DNA from: Bacteroidales bacterium | GTDB taxonomy: Bacteria; Bacteroidota; Bacteroidia; Bacteroidales; VadinHA17 | Length of the DNA: 64,000 bases | Direction: 5' to 3' | Assembly (NCBI GenBank): GCA_046329885.1 | Contig: JAXLTU010000007.1 | Span: 4,957-68,956, forward strand | Shown here: piece by piece, positions 10,443 to 19,803 of the stretch | How the letters are laid out: every line of letters starts with the position of its first letter | Numbering within the stretch: position 1 is the first letter of the stretch | Translations under genes and position numbers: made by a program | The notes under the pieces: generated by a model | Told to the model about the DNA's origin: nothing | The model's database searches: none | The model's input: the letters and a program-made list of their open reading frames with translations, nothing else

Positions 10443-11332
10443 GAACAAATTCCAATTCCATTAACTGGTTAAATCCTGTTTCAGCAACAATTCTACTGGT
10501 CCTCCTGGCAATCTCGGGCGGGTTATACCTGCTAAAGGTAATAACGGTGCCTGTGCTTGTACCGGCAATCATTGTTTCCTTCCTGGTGGCTGGGTCTATC
10601 CAGATTGCAGATCAGTGGGAGAAAGCGGTGGTACTGAGGATGGGTAAATTCAAGGGTCAGAAAGGGCCGGGGTTGTTTTTCATTATTCCCATTGTCGACC
10701 AGATATCAGCCTTCATAGACCAGAGGGTAAGGGTTACCGAATTCAGGGCAGAGCAGACTCTCACGAAGGACACGGTGCCCGTGAATGTTGACGCGGTGGT
10801 TTACTGGACTGTTTGGGATGTAGAGAAGGCAGCCCTCGAGGTTCAGGAATACCAGCGGGCTATTTCGTATATCGCGCAAACCGACCTCAGGGATATTATA
10901 GGTAAGCATGAACTGGCTGATCTCCTGCAGGACCGCGAGAAAATCGCGGAAGACCTGCAGAAGACACTTGATCAAAACACGAATCCATGGGGGATTACCT
11001 GTCAGACAGTTGGTATCAGGGACATTATCATTCCGCAGGCGCTAGCTGATGCGATGAGCAAGCAGGCCCAGGCGGAGAGGGAGAGAAAGGCAAGGGTTAT
11101 CCTTGGTACGGCAGAGACCGAGATAGCTGAAAAATTCGCCAAGGCCAGCGAGCAATACGTGAACAATCCCATAGCTCTTCACCTGAGAGGGATGAACATG
11201 CTTTTTGAAGGGCTGAAGGAAAAAGGCTCAATGGTCATAGTACCGAGTTCAGCACTCGACTCGATGAACCTGGGAGTGATAGGCGGTCTCGCGGCGCTTG
11301 CAAAAGACGGGGGCAAGAAGGAAACCGAGTAG
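10439..11332 (+). CDS. SPFH/band-7 (stomatin-like) membrane protein
   Basis: 297 aa. Two N-terminal hydrophobic helices precede the SPFH core (EKAVVLRMGKF...GPGLFFIIP...TKDTVPVNVDAVVYW...) and a coiled-coil AQAERERKARVI. Its start overlaps the GntR stop (ATGA). Confidence 0.85.
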   Translation: MRTNSNSINWLNPVSATILLVLLAISGGLYLLKVITVPVLVPAIIVSFLVAGSIQIADQWEKAVVLRMGKFKGQKGPGLFFIIPIVDQISAFIDQRVRVTEFRAEQTLTKDTVPVNVDAVVYWTVWDVEKAALEVQEYQRAISYIAQTDLRDIIGKHELADLLQDREKIAEDLQKTLDQNTNPWGITCQTVGIRDIIIPQALADAMSKQAQAERERKARVILGTAETEIAEKFAKASEQYVNNPIALHLRGMNMLFEGLKEKGSMVIVPSSALDSMNLGVIGGLAALAKDGGKKETE

Positions 11333-11334
11333 AC

Positions 11335-12186
11335 TCAGTCTCCCCAGCCACCCATGAACTGCCCGACCTTCGCGAATGATGATTTCGGGTTGACGCAGCA
11401 TACTGGTATCTTCGAGCTGTTGGCAATAATATACTGCTCGTCGGCACCAATCACGAAGTCGAAGAACGTTATATTCTTGGTAGTCATGATGACGATCAGG
11501 TCGGCTTTCATTTTAATCGAGAAGTCGATGGTCTGCTGGGCGAAATTTCCTTTATCGATCTCATGAATCTCGTATTCGACATTATTCTGGATGAGGTATT
11601 TGATGGCGAAGTTGAGATTGATGTCGGTCTTTTTGATGAGTGCTTTATCTGACGATACGGCTTTGAGGATAAGAACTTTGGAGTTGAAGTAGTTGCCAAG
11701 GAAGAGAGCCATTTTCATCTTCTCCTTGTTTTCCTTCCTGTAGTCGATTGGGAAGACTATGCTATGGTATTTTTCCATGTCGGCGGGCGGGTCCTGGACG
11801 ACGATGAAGGGAACTTTGGATTTGACGATGACCTTGAGGGCCCAGCTACCCGTGAGCTTCTGCATCCCCTTCATGCCATGGGTTCCCATCAGTACCAGGT
11901 TGGCATTCTTGTCATTCGCGAAGGCGGATATCTCGGTGAAGATACTTCCCTTCGATATGTGACAACTTACCGGGATACCGTATTTGGCCGTGCTTTCCTG
12001 GGCGATTTTCTCGAGCTTCAGTTTCTTTTCTGTTTCCTCGGTGCCTTTTATCTTCTTATCGACGATATGAAGAAGGCAGACCTCGTTGTTGACCATCCTG
12101 GCAATCTTGGCGGCGTGTGCAAGGGCGTTTTCGGCTACAACTGTAAAATCCCACGGAACTACAATTAATTTTTCAAGGTCTTTCAT
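11335..12186 (-). CDS. universal stress protein, tandem Usp domains
   Basis: 283 aa with two Usp-like halves. The first contains the nucleotide-binding-type motif LVLMGTHGMKGMQKLTGSWALKVI. Confidence 0.7.
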   Translation of the reverse strand: MKDLEKLIVVPWDFTVVAENALAHAAKIARMVNNEVCLLHIVDKKIKGTEETEKKLKLEKIAQESTAKYGIPVSCHISKGSIFTEISAFANDKNANLVLMGTHGMKGMQKLTGSWALKVIVKSKVPFIVVQDPPADMEKYHSIVFPIDYRKENKEKMKMALFLGNYFNSKVLILKAVSSDKALIKKTDINLNFAIKYLIQNNVEYEIHEIDKGNFAQQTIDFSIKMKADLIVIMTTKNITFFDFVIGADEQYIIANSSKIPVCCVNPKSSFAKVGQFMGGWGD

Positions 12187-12386
12187 AGCTTTTGCGTCTT
12201 TTCGGTTTAAACGTAAAATTATTCAGAATTTGTCAATAATCAAATGTTTGGATTTTTTACATCTAACTTTCCTGATAAACATAAAAGCTCCATTTTTATT
12301 ATGTTACGCTCTGCAGGGCATGATGAAAGGGATTGCCTTTCGCACAAAAATAATGCCACACGTGCTCGACGAGCTTAACAATTTAC

Positions 12387-12394
12387 TATTTTTG
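12387..12394 (+). promoter_or_regulatory. candidate -7 promoter box (TAnnTTTG) for asnS-rpoN
   Basis: TATTTTTG lies 31 nt upstream of the asnS ATG, at the head of a transcription unit. Confidence 0.4.
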
Positions 12395-12424
12395 GATGTT
12401 TATTTTTTGAAATCAGTTTAAACG

Positions 12425-13813
12425 ATGAAAAGATCAAAGATCAGGGAACTATTGGGTTCTGCCCGCTTCGGGCAGGAAGTGCTTGTTAAAGGATGGGTAA
12501 GAACGAAGCGCGATAACAAGAGTATTGCTTTCATTGCACTCAATGACGGTTCGACTATTAATAACATACAGGTTGTCGTTGATGTCCCGTCGTTCGACGA
12601 GACACTATTAAAGGATATTACTACAGGTGCCTGTGTTTCAGTTACCGGGAAGCTGGTTGAATCGCACGGTAAAGGACAGACGATGGAGATTCATGCCACG
12701 GCCCTCGAGCTTTATGGCAAGGCCGACCCCGACAGCTACCCGTTGCAGAAAAAAGGACATTCACTCGAGTTCCTTCGTGAAATAGCTCACCTCCGTTTCA
12801 GGACAAACACGTTCGGCGCGGTGTTCAGGATCAGGCATGCCATGGCGTTTGCCATACATAAATATTTTAACGACAGGGGATTCTATTATTTGCACACCCC
12901 AATCATTACTGGAAGTGACTGCGAGGGAGCGGGCGAGATGTTCCATGTTACTACAATGGATCTGAACAAGATCCCAAGGGACGAGGATGGTTCGATTGAT
13001 TTCAAAAATGATTTCTTCGGCCGAGAGACTAACCTTACCGTGTCGGGTCAGCTCGAGGGTGAGCTTGGAGCGATGGCACTGGGCGAGATTTACACGTTCG
13101 GACCCACGTTCAGGGCAGAAAACTCGAATACCCCTCGACATCTGGCGGAATTCTGGATGATAGAACCCGAGATGGCATTCTACGACCTGAATGATAACAT
13201 GGATCTGGCGGAGGATTTCACTAAGTATCTTATTAACTACGCTCTCGAGAATTGCAGGGAAGATCTCGAGTTCCTCAATAACATGTACGACAAGGATCTG
13301 CTCGAAAGACTGAAATTCGTTGTCAGCAATAAATACGTCAGGGTCACATATACAGAGGCTGTTGACATACTCACCTCCTCCGGTCGCAAGTGGGAATACC
13401 AGGTAGGATGGGGACGCGATCTGCAGGCAGAGCACGAGAGATATCTCGTGGAACAGCACTTTAAATGTCCTGTTATACTGACCGATTACCCGAAGGAGAT
13501 CAAGGCATTTTACATGAAACAGAATGCTGACGGTAAGACCGTGAGAGCCATGGATGTCCTGTTCCCGGGGATCGGTGAGATAATAGGAGGTTCGCAGCGT
13601 GAGGAGGTTCACGAGAAGCTGCTGGGCAGGATCAAGGAACTCAACCTGAGGGAAAAAGATTTCTGGTGGTATCTCGAGACAAGGAAGTTTGGAACAGCTC
13701 CTCACAGCGGTTTCGGTCTCGGTTTCGAAAGGCTCATACTGTTCGTCACGGGTATGTCTAATATACGCGACGTGATACCCTTCCCAAGGACCCCCAGGAG
13801 CGCCGAATTCTAG
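12425..13813 (+). CDS. asnS: asparagine--tRNA ligase
   Basis: 462 aa. N-terminal OB anticodon-binding fold and class II motifs ([36 protein letters not shown]...IPFPR). Confidence 0.92.
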   Translation: MKRSKIRELLGSARFGQEVLVKGWVRTKRDNKSIAFIALNDGSTINNIQVVVDVPSFDETLLKDITTGACVSVTGKLVESHGKGQTMEIHATALELYGKADPDSYPLQKKGHSLEFLREIAHLRFRTNTFGAVFRIRHAMAFAIHKYFNDRGFYYLHTPIITGSDCEGAGEMFHVTTMDLNKIPRDEDGSIDFKNDFFGRETNLTVSGQLEGELGAMALGEIYTFGPTFRAENSNTPRHLAEFWMIEPEMAFYDLNDNMDLAEDFTKYLINYALENCREDLEFLNNMYDKDLLERLKFVVSNKYVRVTYTEAVDILTSSGRKWEYQVGWGRDLQAEHERYLVEQHFKCPVILTDYPKEIKAFYMKQNADGKTVRAMDVLFPGIGEIIGGSQREEVHEKLLGRIKELNLREKDFWWYLETRKFGTAPHSGFGLGFERLILFVTGMSNIRDVIPFPRTPRSAEF

Positions 13814-13839
13814 AATAATAACTATTCAGCACCGCCGGC

Positions 13840-15303
13840 ATGTTAAAGCAACGCCTACAGCAGAAACTGCTCCAGAAGCTTTCGCCCCAGCAGATACAGA
13901 TGATCAAGCTGCTGGAAGTGCCGACCATGCAAATCGAACAGAGAATTAAAAAGGAACTCGAGGAAAACCCCGCGCTCGAGGAAGGTCCTGACGATGATGA
14001 TATTTCAAGATCCGAGGAGGAGGATCAGGAAGAGGAATACGAGGAGAAAGACAGGGACCAGGAAGAGTTCACTCTCGACGACTATATTGATGATGACGAG
14101 ATCCCCGAGTACAGGCTCCAGGCAAACAACTACAGCAAGGATGACGAGAAAAGGATGGAAATACCATTCACATCCGGTTCTTCTTTTCACGAGAGCCTCG
14201 CGTCGCAACTTGGCCTGAGGGAATTGTCCGAAAAGCAAAAGATACTGGGGGAATATATCATCGGCAATATTGATGAGGATGGTTACCTGCGACGAGAGAT
14301 ATCAAATATTGTTGACGACCTTGCCTTCCTGCAGAATATAACAACCACTGAAGAGGAACTGGAAGAGGTGCTGGAGATAATACAGGATCTTGAGCCGGCC
14401 GGAGTAGGAGCAAGGTCACTCAGGGAATGCCTCATTTTACAGGTCAGCCGTAAGGATCAGGGTAACCCGGCCACGGCACTTTCACTTAAGATACTCGATC
14501 AGTACTTCGACGAGTTTTCAAGGCGCCATTACGACAAGATAATAGGCCGGCTGGGGATTACAGAGGATGACCTTAAGTCCGTTATCGACGAGATACTCAA
14601 GCTCAATCCGAAGCCCGGCGGCTCCTTCAGCGATCCCTACTCGAGATCGGCACAGCAGATAATTCCCGATTTCATACTTGATCTTGACGAGGATGGCTTT
14701 GATCTTCATCTTAATTCCAGGAATCTGCCAGAGCTGAGGCTCAGCAGGGCTTATACCGAAATGATCCAAAATTACAGTCATGGCAAGGGGACGAAGAAGG
14801 ATATGAAGGATGCCATGATGTTCGTCAAGCAGAAAATTGATTCGGCCAAGTGGTTCATTGATGCCATAAGGCAGAGGCAGAACACGTTGCTTCTGACAAT
14901 GAATGCCATACTCAAATACCAGGAAGAGTATTTCCTCGAGGGTGACGAGACCTTGCTTAAACCGATGATCCTGAAAGATGTTGCGGAGATGACAGGACTT
15001 GACATATCGACCGTGTCGAGGGTTGCCAACAGCAAGTACATCCAGACTCATTTCGGGATCTTCCCGTTGAAGTTTTTCTTCTCGGAAGGGCTGCAGACCG
15101 ACAGCGGGGAGGAAGTGTCGACCAGGGAAATAAAGAGAATACTTCAGGATTGTATTGATAACGAGAAGAAAAGACATCCTCTCACAGACGAGAGATTAAC
15201 GGAGATATTGCAGGAAAAAGGATACCAGATTGCAAGGCGGACAGTTGCCAAGTACCGCGAGCAGCTAAACATTCCTGTCGCGAGGCTCAGAAAGGAAATA
15301 TGA
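13840..15303 (+). CDS. rpoN: RNA polymerase sigma-54 factor
   Basis: 487 aa. Region I is LQQKLSPQQIQMIKLLE, followed by an acidic region II (EEEDQEEEYEE...). The C-terminal HTH and RpoN box read ARRTVAKYREQLNIP. Confidence 0.93.
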   Translation: MLKQRLQQKLLQKLSPQQIQMIKLLEVPTMQIEQRIKKELEENPALEEGPDDDDISRSEEEDQEEEYEEKDRDQEEFTLDDYIDDDEIPEYRLQANNYSKDDEKRMEIPFTSGSSFHESLASQLGLRELSEKQKILGEYIIGNIDEDGYLRREISNIVDDLAFLQNITTTEEELEEVLEIIQDLEPAGVGARSLRECLILQVSRKDQGNPATALSLKILDQYFDEFSRRHYDKIIGRLGITEDDLKSVIDEILKLNPKPGGSFSDPYSRSAQQIIPDFILDLDEDGFDLHLNSRNLPELRLSRAYTEMIQNYSHGKGTKKDMKDAMMFVKQKIDSAKWFIDAIRQRQNTLLLTMNAILKYQEEYFLEGDETLLKPMILKDVAEMTGLDISTVSRVANSKYIQTHFGIFPLKFFFSEGLQTDSGEEVSTREIKRILQDCIDNEKKRHPLTDERLTEILQEKGYQIARRTVAKYREQLNIPVARLRKEI

Positions 15304-15938
15304 TGGAGAACGAGATAAGAACAGTGCAGAAGAAAATTTTACCGAAGTTTATTTCAGTTTTATTTCACCCGGTTTTCATGCCGGTTTACGGCTTACTGGT
15401 GATTTTCACGGCACCCACGGTATTCTGGTATCTGCCTCTTGTTGTGAAAAAGTGGCTGTTCGTCGTTTACATGATACTTGATGTTATCGTTCCGCTCAGC
15501 CTCATGCCTTTCCTCGTGCACAGGAAAATTATATCGTCGTGGCAGATGGAAAACAGGGAAGACAGGATATTACCATTAATACTTCTTACAGTTTTTTATG
15601 TCTCAACTTCTGTTCTCATTCACAGGTGGCAGATTCCCTTTTTCCTTAAAGCATACACTTACTCGTTACCGGCTATCTCTTTCGTGCTACTGCTTGTAAC
15701 GTTGAAGTGGAAGATTTCCCTGCACGCCGCCGGGGCCGGGGCGCTGACAGCCCTCGTGATAATTCTTTCTCTCAGGATGTCGACTGCACTGACCTGGTAC
15801 CTGTCTGGTGTATTGCTCTTATCAGGGATAATTCTCTCGTCAAGGCTGAGACTTGACGCGCATGCTCCTTCGGAGGTATATACAGGTTATTCCACCGGCT
15901 TTGTCGTCTCCTTCATCTTCATGTTACTGCTCCAGTAA
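15300..15938 (+). CDS. polytopic membrane protein with PAP2-like phosphatase motifs
   Basis: 212 aa with about 6 hydrophobic helices. KISLHAAGAG (S-x-H) and SRLRLDAHAPSE (SR-x5-H-x3-E) resemble PAP2 motifs C2 and C3. The start overlaps the rpoN stop (ATGA). Confidence 0.5.
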   Translation: MMENEIRTVQKKILPKFISVLFHPVFMPVYGLLVIFTAPTVFWYLPLVVKKWLFVVYMILDVIVPLSLMPFLVHRKIISSWQMENREDRILPLILLTVFYVSTSVLIHRWQIPFFLKAYTYSLPAISFVLLLVTLKWKISLHAAGAGALTALVIILSLRMSTALTWYLSGVLLLSGIILSSRLRLDAHAPSEVYTGYSTGFVVSFIFMLLLQ

Positions 15939-17018
15939 TTCGTTCAGCGCCTTTTCGAGAAGGTAGGCGCTCCTCTTTCTCATTTCCTCGAATTGCAAGG
16001 ATGGAAGAACTGACGGTAATTTCAGATTTTTTATTTTTCCCTGGTTTAAATTCACGAACCAGCCCTTTTCTGTAAGCCACTTCCCGAGGTATTCCTGTTC
16101 AGATTGCCCGGGAGTAGGAATGAGGATCGCACTTTTATCGAGGCTGGCGAGTTCCATGACAGTCGTGTAGCCAGAGCGGGTGATTACAGTCTCAGACGAC
16201 AATACCAGTTTCATCATCTCGTCAGTTGGCAGATGGTTCACGAACCTGATGTTCTTCCCCAGCCGGATGTCTTTAGTAATCCCGGGGCTTGCTCCAAGCA
16301 TCGTGATCTGGTATCCCGAATCGTCGAGGACTTTGGCAAGCTGTTCCATGAGGCAGGTTCTCTGGGGTTCCGGACCGGAAAGTATGACAACGCAGGTCGA
16401 TGGTACCACAACGGGTAAATGATCAATCATTTCTTTCCTGAACCTTGAAAGTATCCCGATGAACCTGGCATTTGAAGGAAGTCTGAAACCATGGGAAAGC
16501 GTGCCGGAAAGGCAGGCATCTTTATCAGTATCGGGGATGAAGAAGAAGTTGTACTTCGAGAGCACCATCCTGCCTAGCAGCCGTCCTGCCATCTGAACAG
16601 GCCAGAGCCAGCGCGGCAATGGAATACCAGGTATATGCGAAACGAAAACTGATTTTATTTTACTGTTCCATAAGCCTGGCCGGCTGTCGCTGATAACGAT
16701 ATCAATGCTGTATTCCCTGATAAGTCGCCTGAGGATGAAGTGTTCCCTGATCATGTACCAGGCGAGAAACGGGACACGCGCTAATATTACAAGGTACTGT
16801 GGAAATATCCTCGAGTAACGGATTGTAAATCCCGGTAGTTCAATATAATTAAGTCCTGTAGTTTCCTTGCTGAAAAACGCGATGTGTTCCTTGCCCGATG
16901 CAATGAAGACGTTATGCCCCATCGATTTCAGCCTGATGGCAACAGGGATCATTCTCCCGGCATGGCCAAGTCCCCATTCGAGGGGTGAGATAATTATATT
17001 TTTAGCGGGCGAATTCAT
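15924..17018 (-). CDS. glycosyltransferase (MurG/UDP-glycosyltransferase-like GT-B fold)
   Basis: 364 aa. The N-terminal PLEWGLGHAGRMIPVA glycine-rich loop and the C-terminal ...GYTTVMELASL...PTPGQSEQE segment resemble GT28/GT1 enzymes. The acceptor is unknown. Confidence 0.6.
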   Translation of the reverse strand: MNSPAKNIIISPLEWGLGHAGRMIPVAIRLKSMGHNVFIASGKEHIAFFSKETTGLNYIELPGFTIRYSRIFPQYLVILARVPFLAWYMIREHFILRRLIREYSIDIVISDSRPGLWNSKIKSVFVSHIPGIPLPRWLWPVQMAGRLLGRMVLSKYNFFFIPDTDKDACLSGTLSHGFRLPSNARFIGILSRFRKEMIDHLPVVVPSTCVVILSGPEPQRTCLMEQLAKVLDDSGYQITMLGASPGITKDIRLGKNIRFVNHLPTDEMMKLVLSSETVITRSGYTTVMELASLDKSAILIPTPGQSEQEYLGKWLTEKGWFVNLNQGKIKNLKLPSVLPSLQFEEMRKRSAYLLEKALNELLEQ

Positions 17019-17800
17019 CAGCCCGAGACCTGAGTTTTTATGCCAAGCTTTCTTACCCTGGCGGCAATTTCGTCCAGTTCGGCGAGAGGTACCTTGCGTA
17101 GTTCCCCGCCAACGGGTGTATCCCTGGCTATGGTGTAGATCATAACTTCTGAAGGTTTGATTTTTTCAATGGCTGCAAGCCAGCCTTCCAATTCTGCCGG
17201 AGTTGTGTTGTCTATTAGTTTTCCCTTGTATAATCCCCTGAGGAAAAGGGTCTGAATTATCAGGTGTCCGTTGAAACTGATCAGGTTTGCAATTAGTTCA
17301 GCGGCATCAATTTTTAATCTGGGCTGGTTATGATTGCAGATCGTTTCATCAAAAACAGAATCGAGCTTGAGTATATTCATATCGACTCTTAAAAGAGCCT
17401 CCCTTACAGACGGTTTTGTTATGGCTGAAGAGTTTGAAAGTACAGCTATCCTGGCCCCCGGGAATGTATTATTACGTATTCTGATCGTGTCGTCTATTAT
17501 GGCATTGAAGGATGGATGCAAGGTAGGTTCTCCATTTCCGGCAAAGGTTATGACATCGGGTTTATCGCCCCTTACTTTCATTTCTGTCAATCTTGCTTCC
17601 AGTTCCGAGGCTATTTCTTCACGTCGCGGCAGCTGTCCTCCCTCAATAGTGTTATAGTCTGACCAGCCACATTCACAATAAATGCAGTTGAAGTTGCACA
17701 CTTTTCTTTTGGCAGGAAGAAGATTCACCCCGAGTGATACACCAAGCCGCCTGCTCTTTACCGGCCCGAAAATTATCCTGTCGAATAGGAAAGTGCTCAT
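17018..17800 (-). CDS. radical SAM protein, function unknown
   Basis: 260 aa. The CNFNCIYCECGW sequence contains the CxxxCxxC cluster motif. It is preceded by FGPVKSRRLGVSLGVNLLP, and a GNGEPTL SAM-binding glycine motif is present. Its stop overlaps the glycosyltransferase start by 1 nt. Confidence 0.8.
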   Translation of the reverse strand: MSTFLFDRIIFGPVKSRRLGVSLGVNLLPAKRKVCNFNCIYCECGWSDYNTIEGGQLPRREEIASELEARLTEMKVRGDKPDVITFAGNGEPTLHPSFNAIIDDTIRIRNNTFPGARIAVLSNSSAITKPSVREALLRVDMNILKLDSVFDETICNHNQPRLKIDAAELIANLISFNGHLIIQTLFLRGLYKGKLIDNTTPAELEGWLAAIEKIKPSEVMIYTIARDTPVGGELRKVPLAELDEIAARVRKLGIKTQVSG

Positions 17801-17842
17801 ATAGTTAATTTACATGGCGAAAATAGTCAATCTAAACAGTAT

Positions 17843-19018
17843 TCAGATCAATCGAACGGAGGTGCTGCCGGGCATTAGCCTGAGGTCAGAAAGATCGGCA
17901 TCTCTGATAAGTACCAGGCCAGGTTTTTTACCCGGGACTATTGATCCTGCTTCACGGTCCAGTCCGAGAGCCATTGCACCATTCAGGCTGGCCCACGAAA
18001 TGATTGTTTCAAGAGAAAGATAAGGGAAGCTGAACTGCAGGGTTTTCATTTCTTCGAGCATGTTCAGGGAGGTATTTGATGAAAGGCTGTCGGTACCAAG
18101 CGTGATTTTACACCTGTTTGTGATAAGCAAATCCAGTGGAGGAAGTTGGCCGCTGATGTAGAGGTTGGAATTGGGACAAAGACAGAAGTAAATGTTTTTT
18201 CTATGAGCTATCCTGTCAAGATCGGCCTGTCCGACATGTGTATTATGCACGAGTATCAGGTTCCCCGATGATGTTATCTCGTTAAGGATGGCATCAGCAT
18301 GGTCACGGACCGTTTCTGGTTTCACATACCCCGGCAAAAAGATCTTGTAATTATCAGCGATCGAACAGGGTTCGCCGGCAAGAAACCGTGCTTCATCTGC
18401 CGATTCCATGAAATGAATTGAAGTGACCTTGTTCTCGAGACTCACTTCCCTGAGCATTCTGAAAAGAGTAAGACTGAGACTGTAAGTCGAGTGAGGCACC
18501 GGGTAATGTTCAAGACCCAGCCCGGACGCAATTGCGGAGAGTTTTTCAAGATCATTTAACCTTGTCAGAGCTAGGTCCCTATTGATCCCGAATATCTCGA
18601 GCAGGTTAATATATTTTATCCTGCATTTTGTTTTAAAATCGAATGTAAGCGGTGAGTTGCAGATATCGGCGCAGGCTATCACGCCGGAGGAAAACATCAT
18701 TTCATCAGCGGTTGAAAAATGTTTTGTTTTGTCGGTAACAAGTGAATCCCTGAGGGTGTTAACAGCCATGAGGAAAGCTCCCAGTCCAGCACCTGGTTTA
18801 ATTTGTCCTTTAAGATACGAGAGCTCAAGGTGACAATGAGTGTTTATAAATCCGGGGACTATCACCCCGTTATGGAATTCAACTGATGCCTGTTCGACCA
18901 GATGTCCTCCTGTATCGGTTACTTTTATAATTGTGCCGTCATCACCTGTAGTAATGACTGGTCTTTTAAGTATTTTGCCAGCATTTGTAATAACGTATTG
19001 GGCAGAGAAAACTCTCAT
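17843..19018 (-). CDS. metal-dependent amidohydrolase (deaminase/chlorohydrolase-like)
   Basis: 391 aa. It carries the HxH motif (INTHCHLELS), later His ligands (HFMES, VHNTH) and GTDS, as in the ATZ/TRZ-guanine deaminase superfamily. The substrate is not deducible. Confidence 0.7.
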   Translation of the reverse strand: MRVFSAQYVITNAGKILKRPVITTGDDGTIIKVTDTGGHLVEQASVEFHNGVIVPGFINTHCHLELSYLKGQIKPGAGLGAFLMAVNTLRDSLVTDKTKHFSTADEMMFSSGVIACADICNSPLTFDFKTKCRIKYINLLEIFGINRDLALTRLNDLEKLSAIASGLGLEHYPVPHSTYSLSLTLFRMLREVSLENKVTSIHFMESADEARFLAGEPCSIADNYKIFLPGYVKPETVRDHADAILNEITSSGNLILVHNTHVGQADLDRIAHRKNIYFCLCPNSNLYISGQLPPLDLLITNRCKITLGTDSLSSNTSLNMLEEMKTLQFSFPYLSLETIISWASLNGAMALGLDREAGSIVPGKKPGLVLIRDADLSDLRLMPGSTSVRLI

Positions 19019-19803
19019 AATGCTCCTGCTTTCTTCAGACTAATATTTGAAAACCGAGCGTGTTTTTCCCATCTTCCTGGTTGCGGGTTATGGTTAAAGA
19101 GCAATCCCCTGATGTGGGTCATCGTTGTGTCAGCCAATTTACCTGTAAGGATATAATTGTGTCTTGTTCCGTCTCTAACTAGAGGTATTTCCGGCCAATA
19201 ATCCATTAAACCTTCTTCGGTTTCGTTGGCACGCCAGAAATAGATAGTTGTGTGTGGATCAAGGCTTTTATCATCGTTATAAAGAATGGCGTCAAACGAC
19301 AGCGTATATCTCCCGGTATCGCTAATAGGTATATTGAAACGGCCCACGTTTTGTACTCCCTCCTCCGGCAAGCTGAATACCGTATTAAGATTCCAAAGGT
19401 TGTCAGTAGCCCTAGCTTCGCTGCTTGATATCATTTCAAGCTTCGACTGCATGTCGCTCAGTTTTGCAAGCACCTGATCATAAATTTTCTCCAGTTTTTT
19501 AGGATCATTTACAAAATAATAATTCATGGTGTAATCGACCCTTTCTTTTGTGAAACCATATTTTTCTACAACATCCACGTAGTTGGCAATAGAGTCCCTT
19601 TTAGAGAACTGTGCCCTTACAGTTGGGAAAGCGAGCAGCCCGTCAGTGAGGTAAAGATCGGTAAGAAGTGAAACGAGTTCTTTCTGGGGGATAAGTTTCC
19701 TGTTTTCGTTTTTCCCTTCCTTGTTGCATGAGGTACCCACGAGAAGGGTAAGCATTAAAAGGATAACTCCTTTAGTTACCAGGTTATTTATTTCCTTTTT
19801 CAT
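19015..19803 (-). CDS. lipoprotein with DUF4296-like N-terminal region
   Basis: 262 aa. The signal peptide has a lipobox (LLVGTSC). ELVSLLTDLYLTDGL resembles DUF4296, assigned from memory. It overlaps both neighbouring genes. Confidence 0.5.
   Translation of the reverse strand: MKKEINNLVTKGVILLMLTLLVGTSCNKEGKNENRKLIPQKELVSLLTDLYLTDGLLAFPTVRAQFSKRDSIANYVDVVEKYGFTKERVDYTMNYYFVNDPKKLEKIYDQVLAKLSDMQSKLEMISSSEARATDNLWNLNTVFSLPEEGVQNVGRFNIPISDTGRYTLSFDAILYNDDKSLDPHTTIYFWRANETEEGLMDYWPEIPLVRDGTRHNYILTGKLADTTMTHIRGLLFNHNPQPGRWEKHARFSNISLKKAGAL

Noticed and set aside
12761-13705. 314-aa ORF antisense to asnS
   Set aside because: It lies wholly inside asnS, whose sense frame carries complete class II aaRS motifs. 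The antisense translation has no recognisable motif and looks like a chance stop-free frame opposite a highly expressed gene.
14518-15177. 219-aa ORF antisense to rpoN
   Set aside because: It is entirely nested in the conserved C-terminal half of sigma-54. No start context or promoter box is present and the composition is not protein-like.
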